Shown here piece by piece: positions 1 to 9,136 of a stretch of DNA of 47,005 nt; positions within the stretch are counted from its first letter, which is position 1; each line of letters begins with the position of its first letter. Source of the DNA: Polyangiaceae bacterium. Its GTDB lineage: Bacteria > Myxococcota_A > Polyangia > Polyangiales > Polyangiaceae. The stretch covers positions 1 to 47,005 of the forward strand of contig JBGANF010000054.1 of NCBI GenBank assembly GCA_044222475.1, given 5' to 3'. Made by a program: the position numbers and the translations under genes. A model generated the notes under the pieces. That model saw only the letters and a program-made list of their open reading frames with translations, had not been told where the DNA came from and made no database searches.

Positions 1-161
1 TCCACCTTCTGGATGCGGAGCTCGGTTCCGGCGAGGTTGAAGACCAGCGCCGTGGGCTCGTCGGCGACGAAGCGAAGCCCGAGCTTCCCTTGGTAGAACG
101 CGCGCGCTCGCGCCGCATCCTTCGTCGCAGCGAAACACATCACCGGGGTCGTATCGAGCAT
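1..161 (-). CDS. VOC/glyoxalase family protein (3' end runs off the window)
   Basis: Manual translation from ATG at 161: MLDTTPVMCFAATKDAARARAFYQGKLGLRFVADEPTALVFNLAGTELRIQKV, with the typical VOC 'AxxFYxxxLGL' motif. Not in the ORF track because it is truncated. Confidence 0.8.
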   Translation of the reverse strand, partial: MLDTTPVMCFAATKDAARARAFYQGKLGLRFVADEPTALVFNLAGTELRIQKV

Positions 162-220
162 GTGAAAACTGCTACGCCGGTCCACTCGGAAAAGCCAGCG
201 CCTTCACTTATCCTCGGGTG

Positions 221-742
221 ATGCGACGCTCCTTTCTCGGGTTCATCCTCCTCCTCGTCGGTTGCGGCGGCGGATCGAGCGGAGCCGCAAGCTCTCCGAG
301 CGCGTCGGCGATTTGCCTGCCCGTCGCACCCATGGAGCTCCAGGCCCTCGAGCACGGCAGCGAGTGGGAGCCCATGGCGATCCTCGCCGCCGATGGAACC
401 ATTTCGCAGTCGGTCAGCAAAAACTCCGGCGTCGCGTTCCGAATCGCAGCCGACGTTCTCCAAGACGCGGGCGGCACCGCCAAGATGTCGTGCGACGCGA
501 ACCGCGTGCTCCACCTGGGCGCGAGCCCGCTCACGATGCACTTCGACTCGTCCGACGCGCTCGTCGGTGACGGCGGCGATCACTCGCGCATCTTCGTCAG
601 CGACGCGGGCCAGGTCGAGGTCAACCTCGGCGGCAAGAGCCAAGTCATGCCGTGGCGGATTACCGGAGTCTCCGCTGCGACGAGGCGCACCGCCGAGATC
701 CTCGTGCTCGCCGCGATGTCGTCGGCGCGGTGGGGCGGCTAG
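221..742 (+). CDS. hypothetical lipoprotein
   Basis: MRRSFLGFILLLVGC lipobox-like signal peptide; GC3-biased frame; TATCCT lies 6 nt upstream of the ATG. Confidence 0.7.
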   Translation: MRRSFLGFILLLVGCGGGSSGAASSPSASAICLPVAPMELQALEHGSEWEPMAILAADGTISQSVSKNSGVAFRIAADVLQDAGGTAKMSCDANRVLHLGASPLTMHFDSSDALVGDGGDHSRIFVSDAGQVEVNLGGKSQVMPWRITGVSAATRRTAEILVLAAMSSARWGG

Positions 743-747
743 CGCTC

Positions 748-841
748 CCGGCTCGACATCTGCTCCCGTTCGCGCCTCGGAGAAGACCGCAAGGACGAGG
801 AGAGCGCTAGGACGCGAGGAGAGGAAGAAAGTTTGGCGCTC
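748..841. repeat. left copy of a dispersed repeat flanking the expansin gene
   Basis: 748-807 matches 1599-1657 as a direct repeat (54 of 60 positions identical by manual alignment); 785-841 matches the reverse complement of 1652-1705. Confidence 0.85.
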
Positions 842-870
842 GTGGTTTGCCCGGCGATGCGCAGTGCTCT

Positions 871-1554
871 CTACGGGAACTGCTTCGCTCCGGGCACCGT
901 CGTGTCGGCCGTGACTCCGGTGAACGAGTCTTCGAGGGTCGCGCCGCCCTGCCCGGTGATGCGCACGCTGAACGCGCCCGGGCCGACTCCGCCGCTGACG
1001 ACGAAGTAGTTGTAGGTCTCGCGCGGAACGTCGGCGTACGCGCCGCCGCTCTTCTTCACCTCGAGCTTGGTGATCGGAACGCGGTGATTCCGGATCTGGA
1101 TCGCGGTCCAGTACTGCGAGCTCCCGTCCTTGAAGTGGTACTGCACCGGGCCCGACACGTTGCACGCGACGACGGTCCACTCGATCGGCACCTTGCCGGC
1201 GGACACGTCGGCGATCTTGGCGAACGCCTCTTTGCTCAAGTCGAGGTGACCCTTCAGGCACTCGGGGCACTGGTCGACGATGCGCACGGTGACCTCGCCC
1301 TTGGGGCCCTTCACCTTCACGCACGATCCGCAGGCCGCGCTGCCCGCGTACTCCTGCGCGTTCATCGCCGCGACGTCGAGGTCGTTCGGTGACGGATCGA
1401 AGCCGCAGTTCCCGGCGCCCGTCGCGGCGTAGTACGTCGCGACGCCGGACTCGGTCTGGCCGAGCGGCGGCGCGGGGCCCGCGGGCGGATCGGTCGTCGT
1501 CGACGATCCGCACGCCACCACGAAAGCCGCAACGACGACAGCGGAGGTACGCAT
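871..1554 (-). CDS. bacterial expansin (EXLX/YoaJ-like) lipoprotein
   Basis: Lipobox FVVAC; DPBB domain (ATYY..GAGNCG, ACGSC, VRIVDQCPEC, HLDLSxxAF) followed by a CBM63-like domain (KDGSSQYWTAIQIRNH, YNYF). Start reassigned to the ATG at 1554 within ORF 871..2352. Confidence 0.9.
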   Translation of the reverse strand: MRTSAVVVAAFVVACGSSTTTDPPAGPAPPLGQTESGVATYYAATGAGNCGFDPSPNDLDVAAMNAQEYAGSAACGSCVKVKGPKGEVTVRIVDQCPECLKGHLDLSKEAFAKIADVSAGKVPIEWTVVACNVSGPVQYHFKDGSSQYWTAIQIRNHRVPITKLEVKKSGGAYADVPRETYNYFVVSGGVGPGAFSVRITGQGGATLEDSFTGVTADTTVPGAKQFP

Positions 1555-1598
1555 CCATGCATCGTACCGTCGACTCGAGATGTGTCGATAGGGGCACG

Positions 1599-1705
1599 CC
1601 GGCCTGACTTCTCCTCCCGTTCGCGCCTCGGAGAAGCCCGCAAGGCGAGGAGAGCGCCAACCCCATCCTTCCTTGCGTCCTCGTGCTCTCCTCGTCCTTG
1701 CGGTC
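1599..1705. repeat. right copy of the dispersed repeat, containing an imperfect hairpin (REP/REPIN-like)
   Basis: Arms CCGCAAGG-CGAGGAGAGCGC (1638-1657) and GTGCTCTCCTCGTCCTTGCGG (1683-1703) are near-perfect inverted repeats. Confidence 0.85.
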
Positions 1706-1736
1706 CTCTTCGTGGGTTCGCCCCGCCCGCCGTGCG

Positions 1737-3209
1737 TCACCCAATCGCCGAGAGCGGCGCCCACGTCGCGTGCGTTCCGCTCGAGATGCGCATCGGAAGC
1801 CGCACGCGCGCGATGGGCCCCGCGGCGATGTCCTTCGCGTCGAAGATCTGGCACTCGGAGCAATCGCCGGCGACGTCGATGGTGAAGGTCACGACCCACC
1901 CGTCGTCTTCCTCGGTCGCGCCCGGCCGTGGGCAGAACGGCGACTCGCTCGCGAACACGCCCTTCGGGAACATGTGCGTCGATTTCCGACCCGTCGCCAT
2001 GTCGGTGCGCTGCAAGCCGTTGAACAGGAAGAACCCCGGCTCGCCGAGCATCTCGTAGACGTAGCGGTGCTTGCGTCCGCCGAAGCCAGAGTGGATCGAC
2101 GGGAATTCGGTGCACTGATCCGAGATCTGCTCTTCGCGCGTCTTTCCGGTCTTCAGATCGAAGCGCCAGCGATGCAACCGCGTCTCGAGCGAGTGCGTGT
2201 CGAGGCTCTTCATGAACAGGGAGATCGCGGTGTCGGTCTTGCTGTGCGCAGGCACCGGCGCGCCTTGGTGGTAGCCCTCGAGGACGACCTCGTCGCCCTC
2301 TTCGTACGCGTTGACCCAGTGAAGAACGTACGTCGGCGAGGCTTCGAACCAACGGATCGGCGAGCCGTCACGCGGCACGAGCGCGAACCGAGACCCGAGC
2401 TCGGGGTAGTACTTCGCGTGATAGACACCCTGCGCCATCTTCTCGGGTTCGTAGAAGTATGGAAAGTCGCCGAGGATCGCGAAGCGCGGCGTGAACGCCA
2501 TGTCGTGCGGGAGGCGAGGACCGGGGAGCGGGACCGGGATGCTGCGGACGAGCGCGCCCGTCGCGTCGGCGATCCCGACGTGGCAGTACGGCGCCTCGCA
2601 CGAGTAGTTGAAGAAGAGGAGCTCGCCCGTCGCTTCGTCGACCTTGGGGTGCGCCGACATGGTCGTCCCCTTGCCGAAGCTCGGGTGGTGGAGCTTCGCG
2701 ACGCCGACGGTGTCGAGCGTCGTCGGGTCGAGCAGGTACGGATCGCCGCACTGGTAGAACGTGGTGATCGCCCGGCGGGCGTGGACGATGACGTCGGTGC
2801 TCGACGCGTCCTTCATGCGGGGCCGGGCGCCCCAGCCGTCGCGCTTCGAGAGCGCGGGCCGCTCGAGGATGCCGGCCCAGAGGGCGGCTCCGGCCTCGAG
2901 CTCGGCGACGAGGCCGGCCGTCTTCACGAAGCGGTTTCGGTAGCTCGCCTTGCCGTCCTCGAAGCGGATCGCATGGATCATCCCGTCGCCGTCGAACGGG
3001 TGATAGCGCCCGGAAATGGCGTCGAAAAGCGGGTTCTCGGTGTTGCGCAGATACACGCCGGCGAGCTCGCGGGGAATCTCCCCCGCCACCAGATCGAGCT
3101 CGGACGCGTCGACCTCGACCGTGTTCGGCGTCCAAGGCCCGGTGCGGTACGGATGCGGATCGTTCGCCGGAAGTTTGGACTCGTATTGCCTGACGACGGT
3201 GGCGCGCAT
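1737..3209 (-). CDS. carotenoid cleavage oxygenase / lignostilbene dioxygenase family (RPE65) protein
   Basis: Motifs GxYLRN, HPFDGDGMIH, SAHPKVD, LPHDMAFT, YVLHWVNAYE, EFPSI, ESPFCPR and GTHATW supply the four Fe-binding His residues. Confidence 0.92.
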   Translation of the reverse strand: MRATVVRQYESKLPANDPHPYRTGPWTPNTVEVDASELDLVAGEIPRELAGVYLRNTENPLFDAISGRYHPFDGDGMIHAIRFEDGKASYRNRFVKTAGLVAELEAGAALWAGILERPALSKRDGWGARPRMKDASSTDVIVHARRAITTFYQCGDPYLLDPTTLDTVGVAKLHHPSFGKGTTMSAHPKVDEATGELLFFNYSCEAPYCHVGIADATGALVRSIPVPLPGPRLPHDMAFTPRFAILGDFPYFYEPEKMAQGVYHAKYYPELGSRFALVPRDGSPIRWFEASPTYVLHWVNAYEEGDEVVLEGYHQGAPVPAHSKTDTAISLFMKSLDTHSLETRLHRWRFDLKTGKTREEQISDQCTEFPSIHSGFGGRKHRYVYEMLGEPGFFLFNGLQRTDMATGRKSTHMFPKGVFASESPFCPRPGATEEDDGWVVTFTIDVAGDCSECQIFDAKDIAAGPIARVRLPMRISSGTHATWAPLSAIG

Positions 3210-3262
3210 TTCGGAGCACTATCACCGGGGCACGGCGGAGTCGACCAGTGTACGATGGACCC

Positions 3263-4252
3263 ATGCGGCGCGGCGTCGCTTCGCGAAAGCCCAGGGGCGA
3301 GTGGGCACCGGGAACGGTGATCGACGGTCGCTACCGCATCGACGGGAAGATCGGCCGCGGAGCCATGGCCACCGTCTACGACGCCGAGCACCTCGGGCTC
3401 GGCCGCCGCGTCGCGATCAAGGTCCCGCAGAACACGCTCGAGAAGTTCGACCAAGCGCGCTTCCTCCGCGAGGTGCGCACCCTCGCCGCGATCGACCACC
3501 CGAACGTCTGCCGCGTCACCGACTCCGGCGTCTTCGAGGACGCGCCGTTCATGGTGATGGAGCGCCTCGAAGGCGTCGTCGTCGGAGACTCCATGAACCA
3601 AGGTCGGCGCATCCCGGTCGACGAGGCGATCTCGATCACCAAGCAGATCCTCCTCGGCCTCGCGGCCGCGCACGACATCGGCGCACTCCACCGCGACGTG
3701 AAACCGGGAAACGTCATGCTCCTCGATCGCGACGTGCTCTCGGTGAAGATCTTCGACTTCGGGCTCGTGAAGCCGAACGCCATCGAGCCGAACGAAGTCA
3801 CCGAGACCGGCATCACGGTCGGCACCCCGCTCTACATGGCGCCGGAGCAGCTCCGCGGTCGCCGCGATCTCGACGCGCGCTGCGACGTGTACGGCGCCGG
3901 CGCGACCTTGTTCCACATGCTCGCCGGGCGCCCTCCGTTCGAAGACACCGGGCAGAACCTGCTGCTCCGCGTCGCGCGCGGGCAAACGTTGAACCTCGCT
4001 GAGATCGCACCGAACCTCGCGCCCGAGCTCGTCGAGATCGTGAAGCGCGCGATGCACCTCGATCGCGATCAACGGTACGAGACCGCGAACGACTTCCGAG
4101 CCGCCCTCGACACGCTGTCGCCCCAGCTCCTCGATCTCACCTTCAGCGACGAGCCCGACACCATGCCGGAGCTCGACACGGATCTCCTCCCGGAAGAGCT
4201 GCGCAAGGCGATCCTCGCCGTGCGCGGAGAAGACGCGGCCAAGAAGAGCTGA
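3263..4252 (+). CDS. Hanks-type Ser/Thr protein kinase (cytoplasmic)
   Basis: [35 protein letters not shown] and DVY motifs. ATG 3263 chosen because TACGAT lies 6 nt upstream. Confidence 0.93.
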   Translation: MRRGVASRKPRGEWAPGTVIDGRYRIDGKIGRGAMATVYDAEHLGLGRRVAIKVPQNTLEKFDQARFLREVRTLAAIDHPNVCRVTDSGVFEDAPFMVMERLEGVVVGDSMNQGRRIPVDEAISITKQILLGLAAAHDIGALHRDVKPGNVMLLDRDVLSVKIFDFGLVKPNAIEPNEVTETGITVGTPLYMAPEQLRGRRDLDARCDVYGAGATLFHMLAGRPPFEDTGQNLLLRVARGQTLNLAEIAPNLAPELVEIVKRAMHLDRDQRYETANDFRAALDTLSPQLLDLTFSDEPDTMPELDTDLLPEELRKAILAVRGEDAAKKS

Positions 4253-4316
4253 CCAGGTCGCACTTTTCCTGCGTCCTTCGGGATCGAACACCGTCTTCGT
4301 AGACAGGAGAACGGTG

Positions 4317-5153
4317 ATGAAAGAGACCAACGTCGATCAAGTGCGCGGAGCGGTTCGGGAATTCTACGGAAAAGTCGCCGAGAGCGACGGCGCGGTGGGG
4401 TGCGCCCCTGGTTGCTGCGGACCGGGCAAGGACGCGAGCCTGGCGCTCGGATACAGCTCGGACGATCTCGCGTCGGTCCCCAGCGGGGCGAACATGGGCC
4501 TCGGCTGCGGCAACCCGCAAGGCATCGCGGCGCTGCGACCCGGCGAGACCGTGCTCGATCTCGGGAGCGGCGGCGGCTTCGACTGCTTCCTCGCCGCACG
4601 ACAGGTCGGACCGACCGGACACGTCATCGGAGTGGACATGACGCCGTCGATGATCACGAAGGCACGCGCCAACGCCGAAGCAATCCAGGCCACCTCGGTG
4701 GAGTTTCGCCTCGGCGAGATCGAGCGACTGCCGGTTGCGGATCAATCGATCGACGTCATCATGTCGAACTGCGTGATCAACCTCTCGCCGGACAAGGAGT
4801 CGGTGTTCCGTGAAGCGTTTCGGGTGCTCAAGCCCGGCGGACGCATCGCAGTCTCCGACGTGGTCAAGCTCGCGCCGCTCCCGCCCGAGCTCGACCAGCA
4901 GATCGCGGCGCTCACCGGCTGCGTCGCCGGTGCGGCCTCGGTGGACGAGCTCACGGCCGCGCTCGTCGCCGCCGGGTTCAGCGACGTGCGCGTCACGCCC
5001 AAGCCCGAGAGCTCGGCTTTCATTCGCGATTGGATGCCCGGATCGGGCGCGGAGAAGTACGTCGCCTCGGCGACGATCGAAGCGACGAGGGCGCGCGTCG
5101 CTCCGGTCAAGCGCGACTGCTGCGGTCCAGCGTGCTGCGAGGGCAAGGCATGA
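4317..5153 (+). CDS. arsM: arsenite S-adenosylmethionine methyltransferase
   Basis: LGLGCGNP-like motif (MGLGCGNP), [23 protein letters not shown] and GCVAGA; Cys clusters at both termini; RBS CAGGAG. Confidence 0.9.
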   Translation: MKETNVDQVRGAVREFYGKVAESDGAVGCAPGCCGPGKDASLALGYSSDDLASVPSGANMGLGCGNPQGIAALRPGETVLDLGSGGGFDCFLAARQVGPTGHVIGVDMTPSMITKARANAEAIQATSVEFRLGEIERLPVADQSIDVIMSNCVINLSPDKESVFREAFRVLKPGGRIAVSDVVKLAPLPPELDQQIAALTGCVAGAASVDELTAALVAAGFSDVRVTPKPESSAFIRDWMPGSGAEKYVASATIEATRARVAPVKRDCCGPACCEGKA

Positions 5154-5713
5154 TCGACGCACGTCCCGACGTCCCGCTGCCCGAGGTCGCCGCGCGGCTT
5201 CGACCGTTCGTCGCCAAACGCGTCCCGACGAGCGACGTGGACGACGTCGTCCAGGAGGTGTTCCTCCGGATGCAGCGCGGACTCGGGACGCTGCGCGAGG
5301 AAGAGCGCTTCGGGCCTTGGGTCTACCAAGTGGCCCGAAGCGCGATCGTCGATCACCACCGCGCGCGCGCGAGGCATCCCATCGCCGATGGGGCGGAGCA
5401 GCCCGAGCCGGCGGCCGATGAGGGCGACGTCACCGCCGACCTCGAAGCGTTGCTCTCGCAGTACGTCGCGCCGTTCGTCGCGATGTTGCCGTCGCCGTAT
5501 CGCGAAGCGCTGACCCTCACCGAGCTCGAGGGGATCTCTCAGCGCGAGGCGGCAGAGATGCTGGGGATCTCGGTGTCGGGCATGAAGTCGCGAGTCCAGC
5601 GCGGGCGCGAGAAGCTCCGCGCGCTGTTCGAGGAGTGCTGCAAGATCGCACTCGACGCGCGAGGGCGCGTGATCGACTGCGTGCCGCGCGGCCAGGGAGA
5701 CTGCGAGTGCTAG
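5150..5713 (+). CDS. sigZ: ECF RNA polymerase sigma factor, SigZ-like
   Basis: DDVVQEVF (region 2), [37 protein letters not shown] and EECC..DARG, typical of SigZ; ATGA overlap with the arsM stop. Confidence 0.8.
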   Translation: MIDARPDVPLPEVAARLRPFVAKRVPTSDVDDVVQEVFLRMQRGLGTLREEERFGPWVYQVARSAIVDHHRARARHPIADGAEQPEPAADEGDVTADLEALLSQYVAPFVAMLPSPYREALTLTELEGISQREAAEMLGISVSGMKSRVQRGREKLRALFEECCKIALDARGRVIDCVPRGQGDCEC

Positions 5714-5719
5714 CTCGGC

Positions 5720-8700
5720 TCAAACCCCGAGCAGAAACGCCCTCACCGGGAGCTTCGTCGCCTCGCGGATTCCCAGCGCATAGCGCCGTAGTTGCGTCAC
5801 GTACCCGGCTCGCGTCTGGTCCGAGAGCGCTGCGTCGGTCTTGAAGTCGACCACGGTCCAGGATGCGTCTTCCCGGAACGCCAAGTCGATCACGCCCTCG
5901 ACGAGGAGGCCGTCGCTCGTGCGGTAGCTCACCTCGCACTCGCGCCGACACGAGGCCGCGGCGGCGCGCTTCACCAGCGGGTGGCCGAGCGCGTGCGCGA
6001 CCGATCGCCGCGCCCACTCGATGTCGTCGTCGCTCGCGCCGAGTCGACGGCCCTCGAGTGCCGCCGCAGCGGCGACCGACTTCGGGTCCGCGAGATCGAC
6101 CGAGGCGAAGATCGCGTGCACGAGGGTGCCGAAGCTCTTCCCTCGCGGACGTCCGGTGCGGTCGAGCCCGGAGTCGAGGAGCTCCACCTCGACGTCGTCG
6201 GCGCCGGCCACCTCGTCGCGAGTGACGACGGCGACGCGGTGACGCGGCACGACCCCGACGTCGAGGTTCTGCTTCCGCCGCGCGTGCCACTCTTCGTGCG
6301 CCGCTTCGCTGCGCTGATCGCGACCGCTCTTGTCGACGGCGAGGATCGTCTGCTGGCGAAGCCCGCTGTCGACCTCGCTCGCGGTCGGCAGGACGAAGGG
6401 ATCCCACCACACGACGTCGGTCGCGAGATCCGACCGATGGAGGCCCGGGTGAACCGACGCCGACGCGTCGACCTGGGCCTCGTGCCGCTCCTTCACGCTG
6501 TCGGCGCCGAACTTGGGGCAACCCGGCGCGGCGCGCGCCACGCGCCAATCGTCGGGGCCGGGGTACAGCACCGGGTGGAGCGGCGAGACCCAACCATCGG
6601 TCTTGCCGTCGCCGACGCACGGCACGACGAGCAGCTCGCGCGCGCGCGTCGCAGCGACATAGAGCAAACGCAGCGCCTCCTCTTCGTCGTGACGCTTCAT
6701 GTCGTCGCGGTGATCGAGCAGCTCGACCGGTACGCATCCGGCGAGCGGCGTCGCCCAGAGCCGAGCATCGGCGTCGACCCAGCGCGACGGCTCTGCGTGC
6801 GACGCCGGCGCGGCCGGATCGACGAGGATGACGACGGGGAACTCGAGCCCCTTCGCCTTGTGCACCGTCATGATGCGGACGCCGCCCTCCCCTTCCTCGA
6901 CGACGGGCGCATCCGCCCCGCCGCCGCGCTCTTCCTCTTCTTGGAGGTACTCGAGGTACGCGCGGAAGCTCGTCGCCCCGCTGGCCTCGAAACGCCGGGC
7001 GCCGTCGAGCAGCCGAAGCAAGTTCGCGAGGGCCTGCGCGCCGGTCGGCCAGATCGCAATCCCCGCGTGCGCGCGGGTGGCTTCCAGCAGCTGGACCATC
7101 GTGTCGGCGATGGGGCGCCGGTTGCGCCGTCGATGAAGCTGCGCGAGGAGCACGAGCGCGTCGCGCACCGGCGAGAGCGCCTCGATCTCCGGGCCCGGCG
7201 TGCGAAACGGATGCAGCGCGCCGTGCGCGTGGCGATACGCGAGGAGCACGTCGTCGTTCAGCGCGAAGAACGGACCGTGGAGCGTCGCGTAGAGCGAGAG
7301 CTCGTCGTCGGGCCACTCGATCGCGGCGAGCGCGGACTTCATCGCCATGACCTCTTCGCGTTGATGGAACGACCGCCCACCGACGAGCACGTGACCGATG
7401 CGACGCGTCTCGAGCGCGCGGACGTAGGGCCGAGTCACGTCGTCACGGAACGACACGAAGCGCTTGAACAGGAGGCAGACGTGGCGCTCTTCGAGCTTCA
7501 CCGGAACGTCGGGCGCGTCGCGCTCGGTCACCTTCCATCCGCTCTCGTGGATCAACCAATGGACGAACGCCCCGACTGCTTCGGGCGTCGACTCCGAGAT
7601 GGCCCACTGGCTGATCTTGTTGCTCCGGTCGGAGTAGGGGCTCGGCACCGGCAGCGCGACCACCGTCGGCTGGGCCGGCGGGTCGGCGCGGAAGTGCTCG
7701 AGCGCGACGTAGTCCGGTTGGCTTCCGTCCGGCGAGCGCTTCATCTGCTCGGCGAACGCGGCGTTGATCGCGCGTTGGATCGACGGGGCCGAGCGGAAGC
7801 TGGTCGACAGGTAGATCACCCGTGCGCCGTACGATTCGAGGCGCCGCTTCACCGCGTCGTAGAGGACGACGTCGGCGCGGCGGAACCGATAGATGGACTG
7901 CTTCGGATCGCCGACGACGAACAGCTTGCCCGCGATCGGTCGCGCGCGACGGTAGTCGTTCTCCTTCGGGTCGTCGGCGGCGAGGAGCAACAGGATCTCG
8001 GCTTGAAGCGGATCCGTGTCCTGGAACTCGTCGACGAGGAGGTGCGTGAATCGATCCTGGAGCTCGCGCCGAACCGCGGCGTCATGCGCCAGCAGGTCGC
8101 GCGTGACGAGGAGCAGGTCGAGGAAGTCGAGGCGTCCCGCCTTGCGCTGCATGGCGACGTAGCTCGACACGACCGGCCTGAGATCGCGGTGGAGGCACGC
8201 GGCGAGATCCGCGTCCGCTCCGGCGAGGAAGCGATCGAGCGACTCCTTGAAGAGGTCGCGCTCGCGGAGGACGGCGTCCTTGGAGTACCCGCCGCCCCAC
8301 TGGTTCCATCCGCCCTTCCAGTTCCAGTGCTTGCCCTGCCGCGACATCGAGCGAAGCTCTTCCTCGAGACCGTCGTAGTCGCGCGAGCCGGTCGCAGCTT
8401 CGCGGCGGTGGACGTCGCGCACCCAACGAACGAGCTCCTCGAGGCTCTTCGCGAGCCACCAGGTCTTGTCCTTCGCGAGGTCGTACATGGGGACGAGCGC
8501 GTCGAGCTGCTTCACGAGCTCGTCGACGAGGAGATCGCGATCGAACGGATCGCGACGCCACGGGGCATCGAAGTCGCGCTGATCGACCAGAGTGCGCGCC
8601 GCCTTGCGGAGCATCATGCGCGGGCCGCCCGAGTCTCGATCGCGGAAGCGCTTGCGCAGGACGCGACGCGTCCCCTCGCCCGGATCTTCGAGCGCGGCCT

Positions 8701-9136
8701 GGAACCAGATCTCGAACGTCTCGTCGAAGAGCCGCCCCTGCGCGACCTCGTCGGCGGTCTGGAAGATGGGATCGATGCGCGCCTCGACCGGACGCTCGCG
8801 CAAGATCTCCGCGCAGAACGCGTGGATCGTACCAATGTGGGCCGCCTCGAGCTCGGCGAGCGCTTCGTCGAGGCGTTTGCGCACGTCGGCCTTCGCCGCG
8901 AGCCGAGCCTTCTCGATCTCGGTCCGGAGGCGGAGCTTCATCTCCCCGGCGGCCTTCTCGGTGAACGTGACGGCGACGATGCCGGTCAGCTTGGCGCGCC
9001 CGCTCTCGAGCAGGGCGAGGATGCGCGCGATGAGCTCGGTCGTTTTGCCGGTGCCGGCCGCGGCCTCGACGACGAGCGTCTCGTCGAGCGAGGTGCGAAT
9101 CGCGTCGCGCGCGTCCTGATCCGCCAAGCGCTTCAT
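5720..9136 (-). CDS. addA: AddA-like UvrD/SF1 helicase with C-terminal PD-(D/E)xK nuclease
   Basis: AAAGTGKT (Walker A), TFTEKAA, TIHAFC, VDEFQDT, VGDPKQSIYRFR, MTVHKAKGLEF, LYVAATRAR; nuclease G-VID...VDFKT...QLRRY. Start ATG 9136 overlaps the addB stop. Confidence 0.88.
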   Translation of the reverse strand: MKRLADQDARDAIRTSLDETLVVEAAAGTGKTTELIARILALLESGRAKLTGIVAVTFTEKAAGEMKLRLRTEIEKARLAAKADVRKRLDEALAELEAAHIGTIHAFCAEILRERPVEARIDPIFQTADEVAQGRLFDETFEIWFQAALEDPGEGTRRVLRKRFRDRDSGGPRMMLRKAARTLVDQRDFDAPWRRDPFDRDLLVDELVKQLDALVPMYDLAKDKTWWLAKSLEELVRWVRDVHRREAATGSRDYDGLEEELRSMSRQGKHWNWKGGWNQWGGGYSKDAVLRERDLFKESLDRFLAGADADLAACLHRDLRPVVSSYVAMQRKAGRLDFLDLLLVTRDLLAHDAAVRRELQDRFTHLLVDEFQDTDPLQAEILLLLAADDPKENDYRRARPIAGKLFVVGDPKQSIYRFRRADVVLYDAVKRRLESYGARVIYLSTSFRSAPSIQRAINAAFAEQMKRSPDGSQPDYVALEHFRADPPAQPTVVALPVPSPYSDRSNKISQWAISESTPEAVGAFVHWLIHESGWKVTERDAPDVPVKLEERHVCLLFKRFVSFRDDVTRPYVRALETRRIGHVLVGGRSFHQREEVMAMKSALAAIEWPDDELSLYATLHGPFFALNDDVLLAYRHAHGALHPFRTPGPEIEALSPVRDALVLLAQLHRRRNRRPIADTMVQLLEATRAHAGIAIWPTGAQALANLLRLLDGARRFEASGATSFRAYLEYLQEEEERGGGADAPVVEEGEGGVRIMTVHKAKGLEFPVVILVDPAAPASHAEPSRWVDADARLWATPLAGCVPVELLDHRDDMKRHDEEEALRLLYVAATRARELLVVPCVGDGKTDGWVSPLHPVLYPGPDDWRVARAAPGCPKFGADSVKERHEAQVDASASVHPGLHRSDLATDVVWWDPFVLPTASEVDSGLRQQTILAVDKSGRDQRSEAAHEEWHARRKQNLDVGVVPRHRVAVVTRDEVAGADDVEVELLDSGLDRTGRPRGKSFGTLVHAIFASVDLADPKSVAAAAALEGRRLGASDDDIEWARRSVAHALGHPLVKRAAAASCRRECEVSYRTSDGLLVEGVIDLAFREDASWTVVDFKTDAALSDQTRAGYVTQLRRYALGIREATKLPVRAFLLGV

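Noticed and set aside
1737..3209. Carotenoid oxygenase, desaturase-like gene and photolyase as a light/carotenoid cluster
   Set aside because: The genes are about 6-25 kb apart with unrelated genes between them, and no crtB/crtE, rhodopsin or CarH-type regulator is present.
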